Assembly: GCA_003482855.1 (NCBI GenBank)
Contig: DMXO01000005.1
Span: 10,736-74,735, forward strand
Source: Candidatus Magasanikiibacteriota bacterium
GTDB taxonomy: Bacteria; Patescibacteriota; Patescibacteriia; Magasanikbacterales; UBA922
Direction: 5' to 3'
DNA length: 64,000 nt
Made by a program: the position numbers and the translations under genes. A model generated the notes under the pieces. The model worked only from the letters and a program-made list of their open reading frames with translations. It had not been told where the DNA came from and did no database searches. Positions 18,654-27,671 of this stretch are shown piece after piece. Every line of letters starts with the position of its first letter. The stretch's first letter is position 1.

Positions 18654-19895
18654 ATGGCAGATGGCACAACACAACCTACCATACTTATAAAAAAGGCCGA
18701 CGGTAGTACGGTTCGTGTTTCGCTTGATGAATTTCGTAAACAAAAAAAGGGGAGTGAAACTTTGTCTACATCATCATCAGACGTACAGGATGTAAAAGGT
18801 ACTTTAGTTACAGATGAATTTCCTCAGATTGAAATAGAAAAAGGAAAAATTATCCCAGATAAACAACCAAAAGACGTACAGGCTCCTAGACCACGCCCTG
18901 TCCCTCTCTATACCATTCAAGATTTGAAAGATACACAATCCAAAGATGTAGAAACTAGACAAGAAGTAAAGAATATTGAGGTTGAAGATAATACACTACA
19001 AGTGGCATCTCCTCATGAACTATCTACGACAGCACCAGTGTCGCGTATATTTGTGGATGAAGCTCAGGCACAGGCCGAAGAACACTTGCCAATGGATTTT
19101 TCTTCCCTTTTGGAAGAAGATATGTCTGAGGTAGATACTCTGAAACAAGAGGGAACTACTCATGAGACTCATGAACAGCTACAGACACAAGTATCTGCGC
19201 CAAGAGTTGGTGTAGTGGATACTCTCGAACCACGTCTCAAATCTCTCATCATTTCATTTGAAAAAGGTGTGAGAGATGAACATCAGTTTGTCGAGTATGC
19301 CATGCGTAGCATTGAACAAGGAGGCCTAGGGATGACAGAGGACATGGCTTATAGGACACTGAGTGAAGTGAAAAAGAGTACGCCACAGATACAGAAACAA
19401 CCTATTATTGCCAAAAAAATGGTGAAGCAAGGTGCGCCTTCCATGGATACATCAAACCATGTAGTTCAACCACCCAAATTGACGCGCGTAGATACGGCTC
19501 TCCCGCCACGCATGGTACATGTATCACCCCCCTCAGTGAGGCACGATATTGTACCGGGCATGGGAGTGCAAAAAGCTATGGGACCTATTGAAGAAATAAA
19601 AGAGTTTACGCTTATTGATCTGCGTCGTCTGTCTCGTGATGCAAACACGGCAGCAGATATGCTCTATGCCAAATTCAATGGATGGAAAGAAGAATCTTTT
19701 CTTCTTTATATGGATGTCCGCAGTGCATGGAGACAAAGTCCTCTCTATAGAGAATATATTTCTATTACGACACGAGCATTGGATACGCATATGCATGTGC
19801 AGGATGTTATTGAGGCACAATCATCGTCATCTGGTGGATTGACATTTAGAGAATACATGGGCCTTGTGTCTTTCAACAAAAAATTGGGAATATAA
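18654..19895 (+). CDS. Hypothetical protein (Pro-rich disordered segments, helical C-terminal domain) in the T4SS-like cluster
   Basis: ATG at 18654, four nt after the previous stop; C-terminal GPIEEI..FTL.DLRRL...AWRQSPLY; ends three nt before prgI. Confidence 0.8.
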   Translation: MADGTTQPTILIKKADGSTVRVSLDEFRKQKKGSETLSTSSSDVQDVKGTLVTDEFPQIEIEKGKIIPDKQPKDVQAPRPRPVPLYTIQDLKDTQSKDVETRQEVKNIEVEDNTLQVASPHELSTTAPVSRIFVDEAQAQAEEHLPMDFSSLLEEDMSEVDTLKQEGTTHETHEQLQTQVSAPRVGVVDTLEPRLKSLIISFEKGVRDEHQFVEYAMRSIEQGGLGMTEDMAYRTLSEVKKSTPQIQKQPIIAKKMVKQGAPSMDTSNHVVQPPKLTRVDTALPPRMVHVSPPSVRHDIVPGMGVQKAMGPIEEIKEFTLIDLRRLSRDANTAADMLYAKFNGWKEESFLLYMDVRSAWRQSPLYREYISITTRALDTHMHVQDVIEAQSSSSGGLTFREYMGLVSFNKKLGI

Positions 19896-19898
19896 TAT

Positions 19899-20330
19899 AT
19901 GCAACAGTTTATCGTACCACAATTTATTGATGTGGAAGACAAAATATTTGGTCCTATTACGACACGGCAATTTTTGATTCTTTTGGTTGCCGGTATTACT
20001 ATTTTTTTTACCTATCGGTTTGGAGATTTTTCTTTATTTATTGTTATGCTTGCTCTTGGTGGTGGGTCGTCGCTTGTATTTGCATTTGTACGCATCAATG
20101 GACAAGCATTTCATTATTTTCTTTTAAATATTATTCAAACTGTCCGGAGACCATCACGAAGAATATGGTCGAAGAGGTATACCAAAAGGGATTTGGATTA
20201 TCTGCGTAAACAGACGGTAGAAGAACAAGTAGAACAAGAAAAAAAGAAACCAGCAAGGAGAGAACATATTAGAGACTTGGCGTTACTCGTGAATACGGGC
20301 GGTTTTTATCGACCAGAAGATGATCTATAA
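19899..20330 (+). CDS. PrgI-family (VirB3-like) membrane protein
   Basis: MQQFIVPQFIDVEDKIFGPITTRQF signature plus two TM segments. Confidence 0.88.
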   Translation: MQQFIVPQFIDVEDKIFGPITTRQFLILLVAGITIFFTYRFGDFSLFIVMLALGGGSSLVFAFVRINGQAFHYFLLNIIQTVRRPSRRIWSKRYTKRDLDYLRKQTVEEQVEQEKKKPARREHIRDLALLVNTGGFYRPEDDL

Positions 20331-20336
20331 TAATCT

Positions 20337-21023
20337 ATGAAAAGCAAAAAAGCACAACAAAAAAATTCTAAACAACCGGCAACACAACTCCATCTTCCTA
20401 TTGCTGAAATAAAGGACGGTGTGGTGATTCTCAAAGATGGCACCTTGCGCGCGGTAATGTTGGCATCGAGTATCAATTTTGCACTCAAATCTGAAGATGA
20501 ACAAAATGCTATTATTTCATCATATGTTGGTTTTCTCAATTCAATTGATTTCCCTATACAAATCGTTGTCCAGTCACGTCGATTGCAGATCAAGCCGTAT
20601 GTAGAACATCTCATCGATATCGAACAAAAGCAAACCAATGAACTTTTACGTGTACAAATAGCAGACTATCGCGCATTTATCGAAGAGCTTGTTGACATCG
20701 GCAAAATTATGACCAAGAGATACTATGTTGTGGTACCCTATGATCCTATTTCAAATAAACAGAAAAGTTTTTGGTCAAGATTCAAAGAGGTCATTAAGCC
20801 GGCATTTACACTGCGACTCAAAGAAGAACGTTTCCAACAACGTAAAGGTGATCTTGATTTGCGTGTGCGTCATGTGAGTAGCGGTTTGTCGGGGATCGGC
20901 CTCGAAGTCGCTCAACTGGATACTCAAGCGCTTATTGAGTTGTATTATGGCACCTACAATCCCGATATATCATTTGCTGAACAACTTGGCGATATACAAA
21001 AGCAACAAATAGAATATACCTAG
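20337..21023 (+). CDS. VirB4-associated protein (resembles the VirB4/TraE N-terminal region)
   Basis: TQ..LPI.EI.DG...LKDG..RAV...SSINF.LKSEDEQ.AII..Y..FLNS..FPIQI; lies between prgI and virB4. Confidence 0.75.
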   Translation: MKSKKAQQKNSKQPATQLHLPIAEIKDGVVILKDGTLRAVMLASSINFALKSEDEQNAIISSYVGFLNSIDFPIQIVVQSRRLQIKPYVEHLIDIEQKQTNELLRVQIADYRAFIEELVDIGKIMTKRYYVVVPYDPISNKQKSFWSRFKEVIKPAFTLRLKEERFQQRKGDLDLRVRHVSSGLSGIGLEVAQLDTQALIELYYGTYNPDISFAEQLGDIQKQQIEYT

Positions 21024-21106
21024 AGTATAGATTGTATATATATCTTGGGAGAGAAGTGCAGAGGTTATGTTGTTATCTTGAGATTTAAAGAAGTTTTAAA
21101 AATTTT

Positions 21107-21233
21107 TAATTTGTCTAATTCATCTAATTTTCTAATAAAATTTCTAATAAAAAAATTCAAAATTAAATTTTGCACGATATTAGATAATTTGAGATTTTAT
21201 TAGAAATTAGACAATTAGGTGAATTAGAAATTT
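21107..21233. repeat. 9-mer periodic palindromic element, family B copy 1
   Basis: gtctaatt-catctaatt-ttctaataaaa ... ttttattagaaattagacaattaggtgaattagaaa; resembles 53143-53266. Confidence 0.7.
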
Positions 21234-21310
21234 GTAGACAGTTATACATATTTGTACCGTCAATTTAAAATATAAACATTTGGTACATGTAAATTTTGTT
21301 AAGTGTATTT

Positions 21311-23185
21311 ATGCCATTTAAACCCGTTAGTTTTGGAAAATCAAAAGCAATGACACCAGTTCGTACTCCCAAAGATGCGGAGCAAGAGCGGGTTCAAAGC
21401 GAGATGGTCACTCTCGAAGAGGAACGCCTCTATCGTGAGGGTACTGTTGCGATACGTGACCTCATTGCCCCATCAGCACTCAATATCGAGGCGAGCTTTT
21501 TGCAGCTTGGCACGACATTTTTGCGTACTATTTTTGTCGTGAGTTACCCACGTTACATTTCAGTTGGCTGGAGTGCACCTATACTCAATCTCAATCTGAC
21601 TATGGATGTGAGTATGTTTTTTTACCCTGTGAATTCTGCCATTATCCTGAAACAATTAAAAAAGAAAGTGGGCGCTTTGCAAGCTCAGCTCTCTGCGGAT
21701 GCTGAAAAAGGTGCCCCTCGTGATCCATTACGTGAGACAGCGTTACGTGACATTGAACAACTTCGAGATGATCTTACACAGGGCATTGAACATTTTTTTC
21801 AATTTGCTTTTTATATAACCCTATATTCAGATTCCAAAGAAGATTTGGAAAAAGTCACCGAAGATATACATAATATTTTTGGTTCCAAGCTTATCCACAG
21901 TAAACATGTACTGTACCAAGCTGAGCAAGGATTCAATTCTACGGCCCCTTTGGGCATTGATGAACTCGTGATTTCATTCAACATGAATTCATCTCCTATA
22001 GCTGCGTCGTTCCCATTTATTTCTTCTGAACTTACAAGTGATGATGGTATTTTGTATGGTATCAACAAACACAACAACAGTCTCATATTATTTGACCGTT
22101 TTTCATTGCAAAATGCCAACATGGTTGTATTTGCCACGTCTGGTGCTGGTAAATCATATGCAGTCAAGCTCGAGATTTTGCGCAGTCTTATGATGGGCGT
22201 GGATATCATTGTTATTGACCCTGAAATGGAGTATGTACATCTGTGTGAAGCAGTAGGAGGTACTTATATCAATATTTCACTTGCCTCAGAGAGCAAGGTC
22301 AATCCGTTTGATTTGCCACGTCCTGTCGGCCAACAAATATCTACCGAAGATGTTATACGTAGTGCGGTCATTACGCTCAAAGGATTGCTTCGTATCATGT
22401 TTGGTGCCATGACTTCGCAGGAAGATTCTATTTTGGATCGTGCATTACTTGAGACATATGCAAAAAAAGATATTACTGCGGCAAGCGACCTTGCCACAGT
22501 TGAGCCGCCGATTATGCAAGATCTGCTTGATGTACTCGAGGGCATGGAAGGCGCTGAAAATTTGGTTGTCAAATTGCAAAAATATACTGAAGGTACTTTT
22601 TCTGGGTTGTTCAATTCTCCGACCAATGTAAATACGAGTAATCAGCTTGTCATCTTTAGTGTTCGCGATTTGGAAGATGAATTGCGTCCTATGGCTATTT
22701 ATACATTGGTCAACTATATTTGGAATATCGTTCGTAGCGAACGAAAGAAGCGTCTCCTCATGATAGACGAGGCATGGTGGCTCATGATGCACGAAGATAG
22801 TGCCAAATTTATGTATGCGCTCGTGAAACGTTGCCGTAAATATTATCTTGGTGTTACGACGATTACTCAGGACGTCAATGATTTCTTGCGCTCTCCTTAT
22901 GGTCAAGCAATTGTGAACAACTCCGCGCTCCAACTATTGCTTCGCCAGTCACCATCCGCTGTAGATGTCATTCAAAAGACATTTATGTTGACTGAGGGTG
23001 AAAAGTATTTGTTGTTGGATAGCCCTGTGGGTCAGGGAATTTTCTTTGCAGGCAATAAGCACGCTGCTATTCAAGTCATTGCATCATATACCGAAGATCA
23101 ACTTGTTACTTCCAATCCCCAACAATTGCTCGAGATAGAGCGTGCAAAAAAAGAATTTGAAGAACAGATGATGCAAAATAAATAA
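21311..23185 (+). CDS. virB4: VirB4-family type IV secretion ATPase
   Basis: Walker A ATSGAGKS; IVIDPEMEY; VNPFD; Walker B LMIDEAW; KRCRKY; TITQDV.DF. Confidence 0.9.
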   Translation: MPFKPVSFGKSKAMTPVRTPKDAEQERVQSEMVTLEEERLYREGTVAIRDLIAPSALNIEASFLQLGTTFLRTIFVVSYPRYISVGWSAPILNLNLTMDVSMFFYPVNSAIILKQLKKKVGALQAQLSADAEKGAPRDPLRETALRDIEQLRDDLTQGIEHFFQFAFYITLYSDSKEDLEKVTEDIHNIFGSKLIHSKHVLYQAEQGFNSTAPLGIDELVISFNMNSSPIAASFPFISSELTSDDGILYGINKHNNSLILFDRFSLQNANMVVFATSGAGKSYAVKLEILRSLMMGVDIIVIDPEMEYVHLCEAVGGTYINISLASESKVNPFDLPRPVGQQISTEDVIRSAVITLKGLLRIMFGAMTSQEDSILDRALLETYAKKDITAASDLATVEPPIMQDLLDVLEGMEGAENLVVKLQKYTEGTFSGLFNSPTNVNTSNQLVIFSVRDLEDELRPMAIYTLVNYIWNIVRSERKKRLLMIDEAWWLMMHEDSAKFMYALVKRCRKYYLGVTTITQDVNDFLRSPYGQAIVNNSALQLLLRQSPSAVDVIQKTFMLTEGEKYLLLDSPVGQGIFFAGNKHAAIQVIASYTEDQLVTSNPQQLLEIERAKKEFEEQMMQNK

Positions 23186-23207
23186 ATTTACTACTAAATA
23201 ATATTAT

Positions 23208-23798
23208 ATGCTTTCCCTACGTCAGAGAATATTTGCAATTACGGGCGTGATATCTGCTATCCTTATTATTATCGTGTTATTTTTTGTACTTAGGTCACGT
23301 GACACAGATGTCTCTACACAGACATCTACTTCGACTGACGTACTTACCATAGAAGACACGGTCCGTCAAAATATCCAAGTGCCCAATAATCAACAAGTAA
23401 ATCGTGCGCCTGTTGACCCTGAAGAAAATTATGTGAAGCAGCTTGCGCGTATTTTTGTTGAACGATATGGTACGTATTCAAATCAAAATGAAGATATTCA
23501 TATTGCCGACGTGGATGACATCATTACTTCACGAATGCGTACATGGATACAGTCAAGCACATCCACTGACAGTCGTGTATATGAGGGCGCTACGACTCTC
23601 GTATTGAGTAGCCATATAAAACAATATGACACGCAAGCTGGCACCGCGATTGTGGCTATCGAAGTACAACAAGAAGTCATGAGACAGACAGATGCTTTAG
23701 GCACTATATCAGAGGATACGATTTTGAGGGAGGCAGATGTGAATTTGATCAAAGTGGATAACACATGGAAAGTAGATGGCTTGTGGTGGCAAGATTAA
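23208..23798 (+). CDS. Bitopic membrane protein, putative VirB8/TcpC-like NTF2 fold
   Basis: Single N-terminal TM, Thr-rich linker, VKQLARIFVERYGTYS helix, C-terminal V.LIK....WKVD strand pair; follows virB4. Confidence 0.6.
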   Translation: MLSLRQRIFAITGVISAILIIIVLFFVLRSRDTDVSTQTSTSTDVLTIEDTVRQNIQVPNNQQVNRAPVDPEENYVKQLARIFVERYGTYSNQNEDIHIADVDDIITSRMRTWIQSSTSTDSRVYEGATTLVLSSHIKQYDTQAGTAIVAIEVQQEVMRQTDALGTISEDTILREADVNLIKVDNTWKVDGLWWQD

Positions 23799-23816
23799 TT
23801 TTTAAGTTGGAGGGAG

Positions 23817-24524
23817 ATGAACATAAAAGCAATATACAAACAGGGGATATGTATAACCAAAGATATTTTGTTTCCTGCATATTGTCTTGGGTGTGGTAAA
23901 GAGGGTATATTGGTGTGCAAAGATTGTTTGCAGACACTCGATTGTTCGGGTGTTTTTTGTTGTCCCGTGTGCCATGCTTCTTCCCTAAATGGTAAGGTCT
24001 GCGAGATATGTATGGCGCAGTCGTATTTGGACCGACATGTAGCAATTACTCAGTACAAAGAAAAAGGCCTTGTAGGAGATATGTTGCATATGTTCAAATA
24101 TTCATATGTAGAAGATATGGCACAAATACTGCGCGACATGGCAATCAAATTTTCACAGGTATATTCATTTGACGTGGATATTGTAGTTTGTGTCCCCTTG
24201 CATCGTAGGAGATTGGCACAACGCGGATTCAACCAAGCAGAAGAGATCGCGCGTATTAGTTCACAAGTTTTTGACATACCTTTTCACAGTATCTTGAGAC
24301 GGTGTCGTCACACTAGGCAGCAAGCAAAGCTGAATCGTGAAGGTAGATTAGTCAATCTTATTGACGCATTTGAAATTATAAAAAATGATTTTGATTTGAA
24401 TAATAAGAGGGTTTTGCTCGTAGATGATGTACTGACAACAGGATCAACTATGCAAGAATGTGCAAAGGTTTTGAAAGGGGCTGGCGCAAAAGAAGTGATA
24501 GGATTTAGTGTGGCGCGTGGATAA
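23817..24524 (+). CDS. comF: ComF-family protein (Zn ribbon plus phosphoribosyltransferase fold)
   Basis: FP..CLGC, CxxC pairs; VPLH..R...RGFNQA; LLVDDVLTTGST. Confidence 0.92.
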   Translation: MNIKAIYKQGICITKDILFPAYCLGCGKEGILVCKDCLQTLDCSGVFCCPVCHASSLNGKVCEICMAQSYLDRHVAITQYKEKGLVGDMLHMFKYSYVEDMAQILRDMAIKFSQVYSFDVDIVVCVPLHRRRLAQRGFNQAEEIARISSQVFDIPFHSILRRCRHTRQQAKLNREGRLVNLIDAFEIIKNDFDLNNKRVLLVDDVLTTGSTMQECAKVLKGAGAKEVIGFSVARG

Positions 24525-24554
24525 AAAAGAAGATACCAGTGTATCTTCTTTTTT
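24523..24554. terminator. Bidirectional terminator between comF and the tRNA operon
   Basis: aaaaaagaagatac-cagt-gtatcttctttttt. Confidence 0.75.
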
Positions 24555-24643
24555 GGCGGAGAGAGTGGGATTCGAACCCACGGTGGACTTTCATCCACAA
24601 CAGTTTTCAAGACTGCCGCCTTAAACCACTCAGCCATCTCTCC
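24554..24643 (-). tRNA. tRNA-Ser(UGA), CCA encoded
   Basis: GGAGAGA acceptor stem; anticodon arm GCAGT-CTTGAAA-ACTGT; long variable arm; GGTTCGAATCC; ends GCCA. Confidence 0.96.
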
Positions 24644-24728
24644 ATTTAAATAATTAGAACTAGTATCTATCTCGCTTACGCGAGTCTGGCGGACTGTGTC
24701 CGTCGTAGCTCGCTTTGGCGAGCGAAGG

Positions 24729-24815
24729 CGGAGAGGGCGGGATTCGAACCCGCGAGGGAATTGCTTCCCTAACACATTAGCAGCGTGCCGCTTTCGGCCA
24801 CTCAGCCACCTCTCC
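24729..24815 (-). tRNA. tRNA-Ser(GCU)
   Basis: GGAGAGG acceptor stem; anticodon arm GCACG-CTGCTAA-TGTGT; long variable arm; discriminator G; followed by CCT rather than CCA. Confidence 0.95.
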
Positions 24816-24874
24816 ATTGGGATTTGTTACGCTACGTTGGGCAAGTGTGTAGGGCGTAGCATAAAGGAGTCCTG

Positions 24875-24961
24875 CGGAGAGTGAGGGATTCGAACCCCCG
24901 GTCCCCTTGCGGAGACTGCAGTTTAGTAAACTGCTGCTATCGACCACTCAGCCAACTCTCC
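24875..24961 (-). tRNA. tRNA-Ser with unusual ACU anticodon
   Basis: GGAGAGT/ACTCTCC acceptor stem; D-arm aligns with the two neighbouring Ser tRNAs; anticodon arm GCAGT-TTACTAA-ACTGC; variable arm GTCTCC-GCAA-GGGGAC; GGTTCGAATCC; G73. Confidence 0.88.
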
Positions 24962-24987
24962 TTGTATATATGATAAACGGCGTACAT

Positions 24988-25016
24988 ATTGTATATTATT
25001 TAGCGTAGATAGTCAA
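24988..25016 (-). promoter_or_regulatory. Sigma70-type promoter of the Ser-tRNA operon
   Basis: Minus strand TTGACT-17 nt-TACAAT, about 25 nt upstream of tRNA-Ser(ACU). Confidence 0.75.
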
Positions 25017-25071
25017 TCGTATTATTGTGGGTACTTTGCGTGCGTTTGGTTTTTTGCTATACTTCCGATAT

Positions 25072-25527
25072 ATGAAACACACAGATGACAATGCATTTGC
25101 CATGATTTTGGAACAGACACAGACAGGTAGTTCTCAAGCGCCTGCCAAGCCTATTTCTTTGGATGAAACAAATTATTGGAGTGAGGATCACAATGAAGGC
25201 AAACTAGCTGTAGATGTAGCAGAAGATGCTACTGACTTGTTTGTCGTATCTACTATGGCAGGATCTACTCCTGAAAAGATAGAGGTATACGTACACAATG
25301 ATCTGCTCACGATCCGTGGTGTACGCAGTACGCCTCTTGACCATGAAAAAGAAATAACGTATTTTTATACCGAATGTTTTTGGGGCACATTTTCTCGTAC
25401 CATTGTGTTACCGACTGACGTAAAAGGCGATTTGGCTCATGCTACATATCACAATGGTATTTTGTTGGTTAAAATTCCCAAACGTCAAGCAGACGCAAAA
25501 ATTGAAGTTGAAATTATTGATGAATAA
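25072..25527 (+). CDS. Hsp20/alpha-crystallin small heat-shock protein
   Basis: LAVDV.E; LTIRG.R; EC.WG.FSRTIVLP; A.Y.NGIL.VKIPK; ATG at 25072 just after TGcTATACT. Confidence 0.9.
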   Translation: MKHTDDNAFAMILEQTQTGSSQAPAKPISLDETNYWSEDHNEGKLAVDVAEDATDLFVVSTMAGSTPEKIEVYVHNDLLTIRGVRSTPLDHEKEITYFYTECFWGTFSRTIVLPTDVKGDLAHATYHNGILLVKIPKRQADAKIEVEIIDE

Positions 25528-25541
25528 TTATTATATATTAT

Positions 25542-27563
25542 ATGAGTCTCAAAGGATTCTTTTCAGAACATCTAAAGACGATACAGTTTTCATGGCGTCG
25601 TGTATGGATTGTCGTAGTTGTCATTGTTGCATTCGTGTTCATGTTTGGCGTGGGCGCGCTGGTATATGGTCGCACCTATGAGGATAGAGTGTTGCCCGGA
25701 ATATATGTAGGAGATGTTCATGTTGGTGGTATGGACGAAGAGGATCTTACCGAATATTTACAAAACATGCAGACCAAACTTTTGAGCGAAGGAATACATG
25801 CGACATTCAAACTTAATGACCAAGAAACTAATTTTATTATACGCCCTGAAGTCGTTGGAGAAGAATCAGTTGTCGAGCTTGTAGATTTTGATGTAGCGCA
25901 AGAGACTGAATACATATTATCTTACCGAAAAGATCACAATGCAGTGGCAGATACATTTTCTGCTATATGGACACGTCTGACAAAGCCTCACATACATTTG
26001 AGCGGTGTAACTTTGGATAAACAGGCTATACTTGAAGAAATCCAGCTTGTTCTCAAAGGTTATATATCTGAGCCTCGTGATGCATCTGTAGATATTCTTT
26101 CTATTGATCCTCTCCAATATGAGGTTACTTCATCAAGTGTGGGTGTTTCATTTGACTATGATCGTGTGGCGGGGCTCATTGTCCAATCTTGGTCAGATCT
26201 CGAGACTCCTGAAATTACTATTGCTTCGTTTGAGAAATCGCCAGATGTTGTTGAATCAGATGTTGAACCCATACTGGGTCGTTTACCAAAAGTCTTTGAG
26301 CATGGACGTCTGGATATCAAATATACTGACCCTCATACGAAACAAGAATATACTTGGTATGTTTCTTTGGAAGAGATGGCAGAGTGGCTTGAGATTCAAA
26401 AACAAGAAGGTAGTGGATTTGTATTTGGTCTCAATGTCGCTTCAACCACAGAATTTTTGCAAGGTGATATAGCAGACCTCGTAAATATCGAACCTCAAGA
26501 TGCAAAATTTCAAGTCGGTTCATATGGCAGAGTAACTGAGTTTCAAGGTTCACGCCCTGGAGTTACTGTTGATGTGGAAAATACATACAAGGCAATCAAT
26601 GATGCTATTGTAGAGCGCACACTCCATGACGAGGGCATTACCAAAGCGGTTACGTTGTTGAATAAGCAAGTCGAACCAAATGTAAAAACAGGTGAGGTCA
26701 ATGATCTAGGTATCTCCGAGATTTTGGGTATTGGACATTCAAAATTTCTTCATAGCACTCCCAATCGTTTAAAAAATATTCGTCATGCAGCGTATGACAA
26801 GCTCGATGGACTTCTGATCAAACCTGGTGAAGAGTTTTCTCTTATCAATACACTTAAACCATTCACTGTGGAGGGTGGATATTTTGCAGATTATACGATC
26901 AAGGGGGATAAAATGGTCAAAGAGATTGGTGGAGGATTGTGTCAGATAGGTACGACCATGTTTCGTGCGGCTATGAACTCCGGGCTCAACATTACTGAAC
27001 GTCGTGAGCATTCACTTGCTGTGCCATACTATAATGATTTGACCAATGGCAATCCAGGGGTAGATGCTACTATATATGATCCTCATCCAGATTTTCGGTT
27101 TGTCAATGACACGGGTAATTATGTTTTGATTACAGCCGATTTGAATTTAGATACAGCTGATTTGAGGTTTTATTTCTGGGGTACGAGCGACGGAAGAAAG
27201 GGGTACTATACTGCGCCACAAGTATCCAAATGGATTCCTGTGGGTGAACCTCGTATGATTGAGACGACAGATCTCGCACCTGGAGTACAGGAATGCCAGT
27301 ATGCATATACAGGAGCTCATGCATCATTTACATATATTATAGAAATGCCAAATGGTGAAAAAAAAGAACGTGTATTTAATAGTTATTATCGTCCGCTGCC
27401 AAAAATTTGTCTTATTGGTGTAGAAAAGAAAGTAGAAACATGTGAAGAAGGTACAAATTGCGAGATTCCTGCAGATGGTGAAGGTGCGAATACGACTGTC
27501 GATGGGGTGAATGATGCCGTAGTTGAAGATGTTATTATTAATGATGAAAGTGTAGAAGGATAG
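25542..27563 (+). CDS. VanW-family protein with N-terminal TM and putative peptidoglycan-binding region
   Basis: TM; VLPGIYVG.V.VGG; R..NI..A....DG..IKPGEEFS; GGGLCQ..TT.FRAA; ERR.HS; G.DATIY; DFRFVNDT. Confidence 0.88.
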   Translation: MSLKGFFSEHLKTIQFSWRRVWIVVVVIVAFVFMFGVGALVYGRTYEDRVLPGIYVGDVHVGGMDEEDLTEYLQNMQTKLLSEGIHATFKLNDQETNFIIRPEVVGEESVVELVDFDVAQETEYILSYRKDHNAVADTFSAIWTRLTKPHIHLSGVTLDKQAILEEIQLVLKGYISEPRDASVDILSIDPLQYEVTSSSVGVSFDYDRVAGLIVQSWSDLETPEITIASFEKSPDVVESDVEPILGRLPKVFEHGRLDIKYTDPHTKQEYTWYVSLEEMAEWLEIQKQEGSGFVFGLNVASTTEFLQGDIADLVNIEPQDAKFQVGSYGRVTEFQGSRPGVTVDVENTYKAINDAIVERTLHDEGITKAVTLLNKQVEPNVKTGEVNDLGISEILGIGHSKFLHSTPNRLKNIRHAAYDKLDGLLIKPGEEFSLINTLKPFTVEGGYFADYTIKGDKMVKEIGGGLCQIGTTMFRAAMNSGLNITERREHSLAVPYYNDLTNGNPGVDATIYDPHPDFRFVNDTGNYVLITADLNLDTADLRFYFWGTSDGRKGYYTAPQVSKWIPVGEPRMIETTDLAPGVQECQYAYTGAHASFTYIIEMPNGEKKERVFNSYYRPLPKICLIGVEKKVETCEEGTNCEIPADGEGANTTVDGVNDAVVEDVIINDESVEG

Positions 27564-27585
27564 TGTTTTTTGAGGTAATCTGTGT

Positions 27586-27624
27586 ATAAAAATTTGGCTT
27601 AAATTAGCCAAATTTTTTATTTTT
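27586..27624 (+). terminator. Intrinsic terminator after the VanW gene
   Basis: aaaaatttggct-taaatt-agccaaattttt followed by a T-run. Confidence 0.75.
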
Positions 27625-27638
27625 CACCCCTACTACTC

Positions 27639-27667
27639 TTGACAAATGTAGCTCAATATGGTATTAT
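27639..27667 (+). promoter_or_regulatory. Near-consensus sigma70 promoter
   Basis: TTGACA (27639-44), 17-nt spacer, TATTAT (27662-67); boxA-like ggtcttttaaaa at 27672. Confidence 0.8.
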
Positions 27668-27671
27668 GTCA

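Noticed and set aside
24308-24884. ORFs 24308-24817 (-) and 24696-24884 (+)
   Set aside because: They overlap tRNA genes and comF; translations such as PWVRIP and GFESRP are tRNA-derived shadows.
24875-24961. Reading the third tRNA as an amber suppressor (CUA) or Sec/Pyl tRNA
   Set aside because: Alignment with the two neighbouring Ser tRNAs centres the 7-nt loop on ACU; CTA is off-register, and the acceptor stem is a normal 7 bp.
12684-24961. Integrative conjugative element inserted at the Ser tRNAs
   Set aside because: No integrase, relaxase or duplicated tRNA 3' end was seen, composition matches the host, and the flanks are housekeeping genes.
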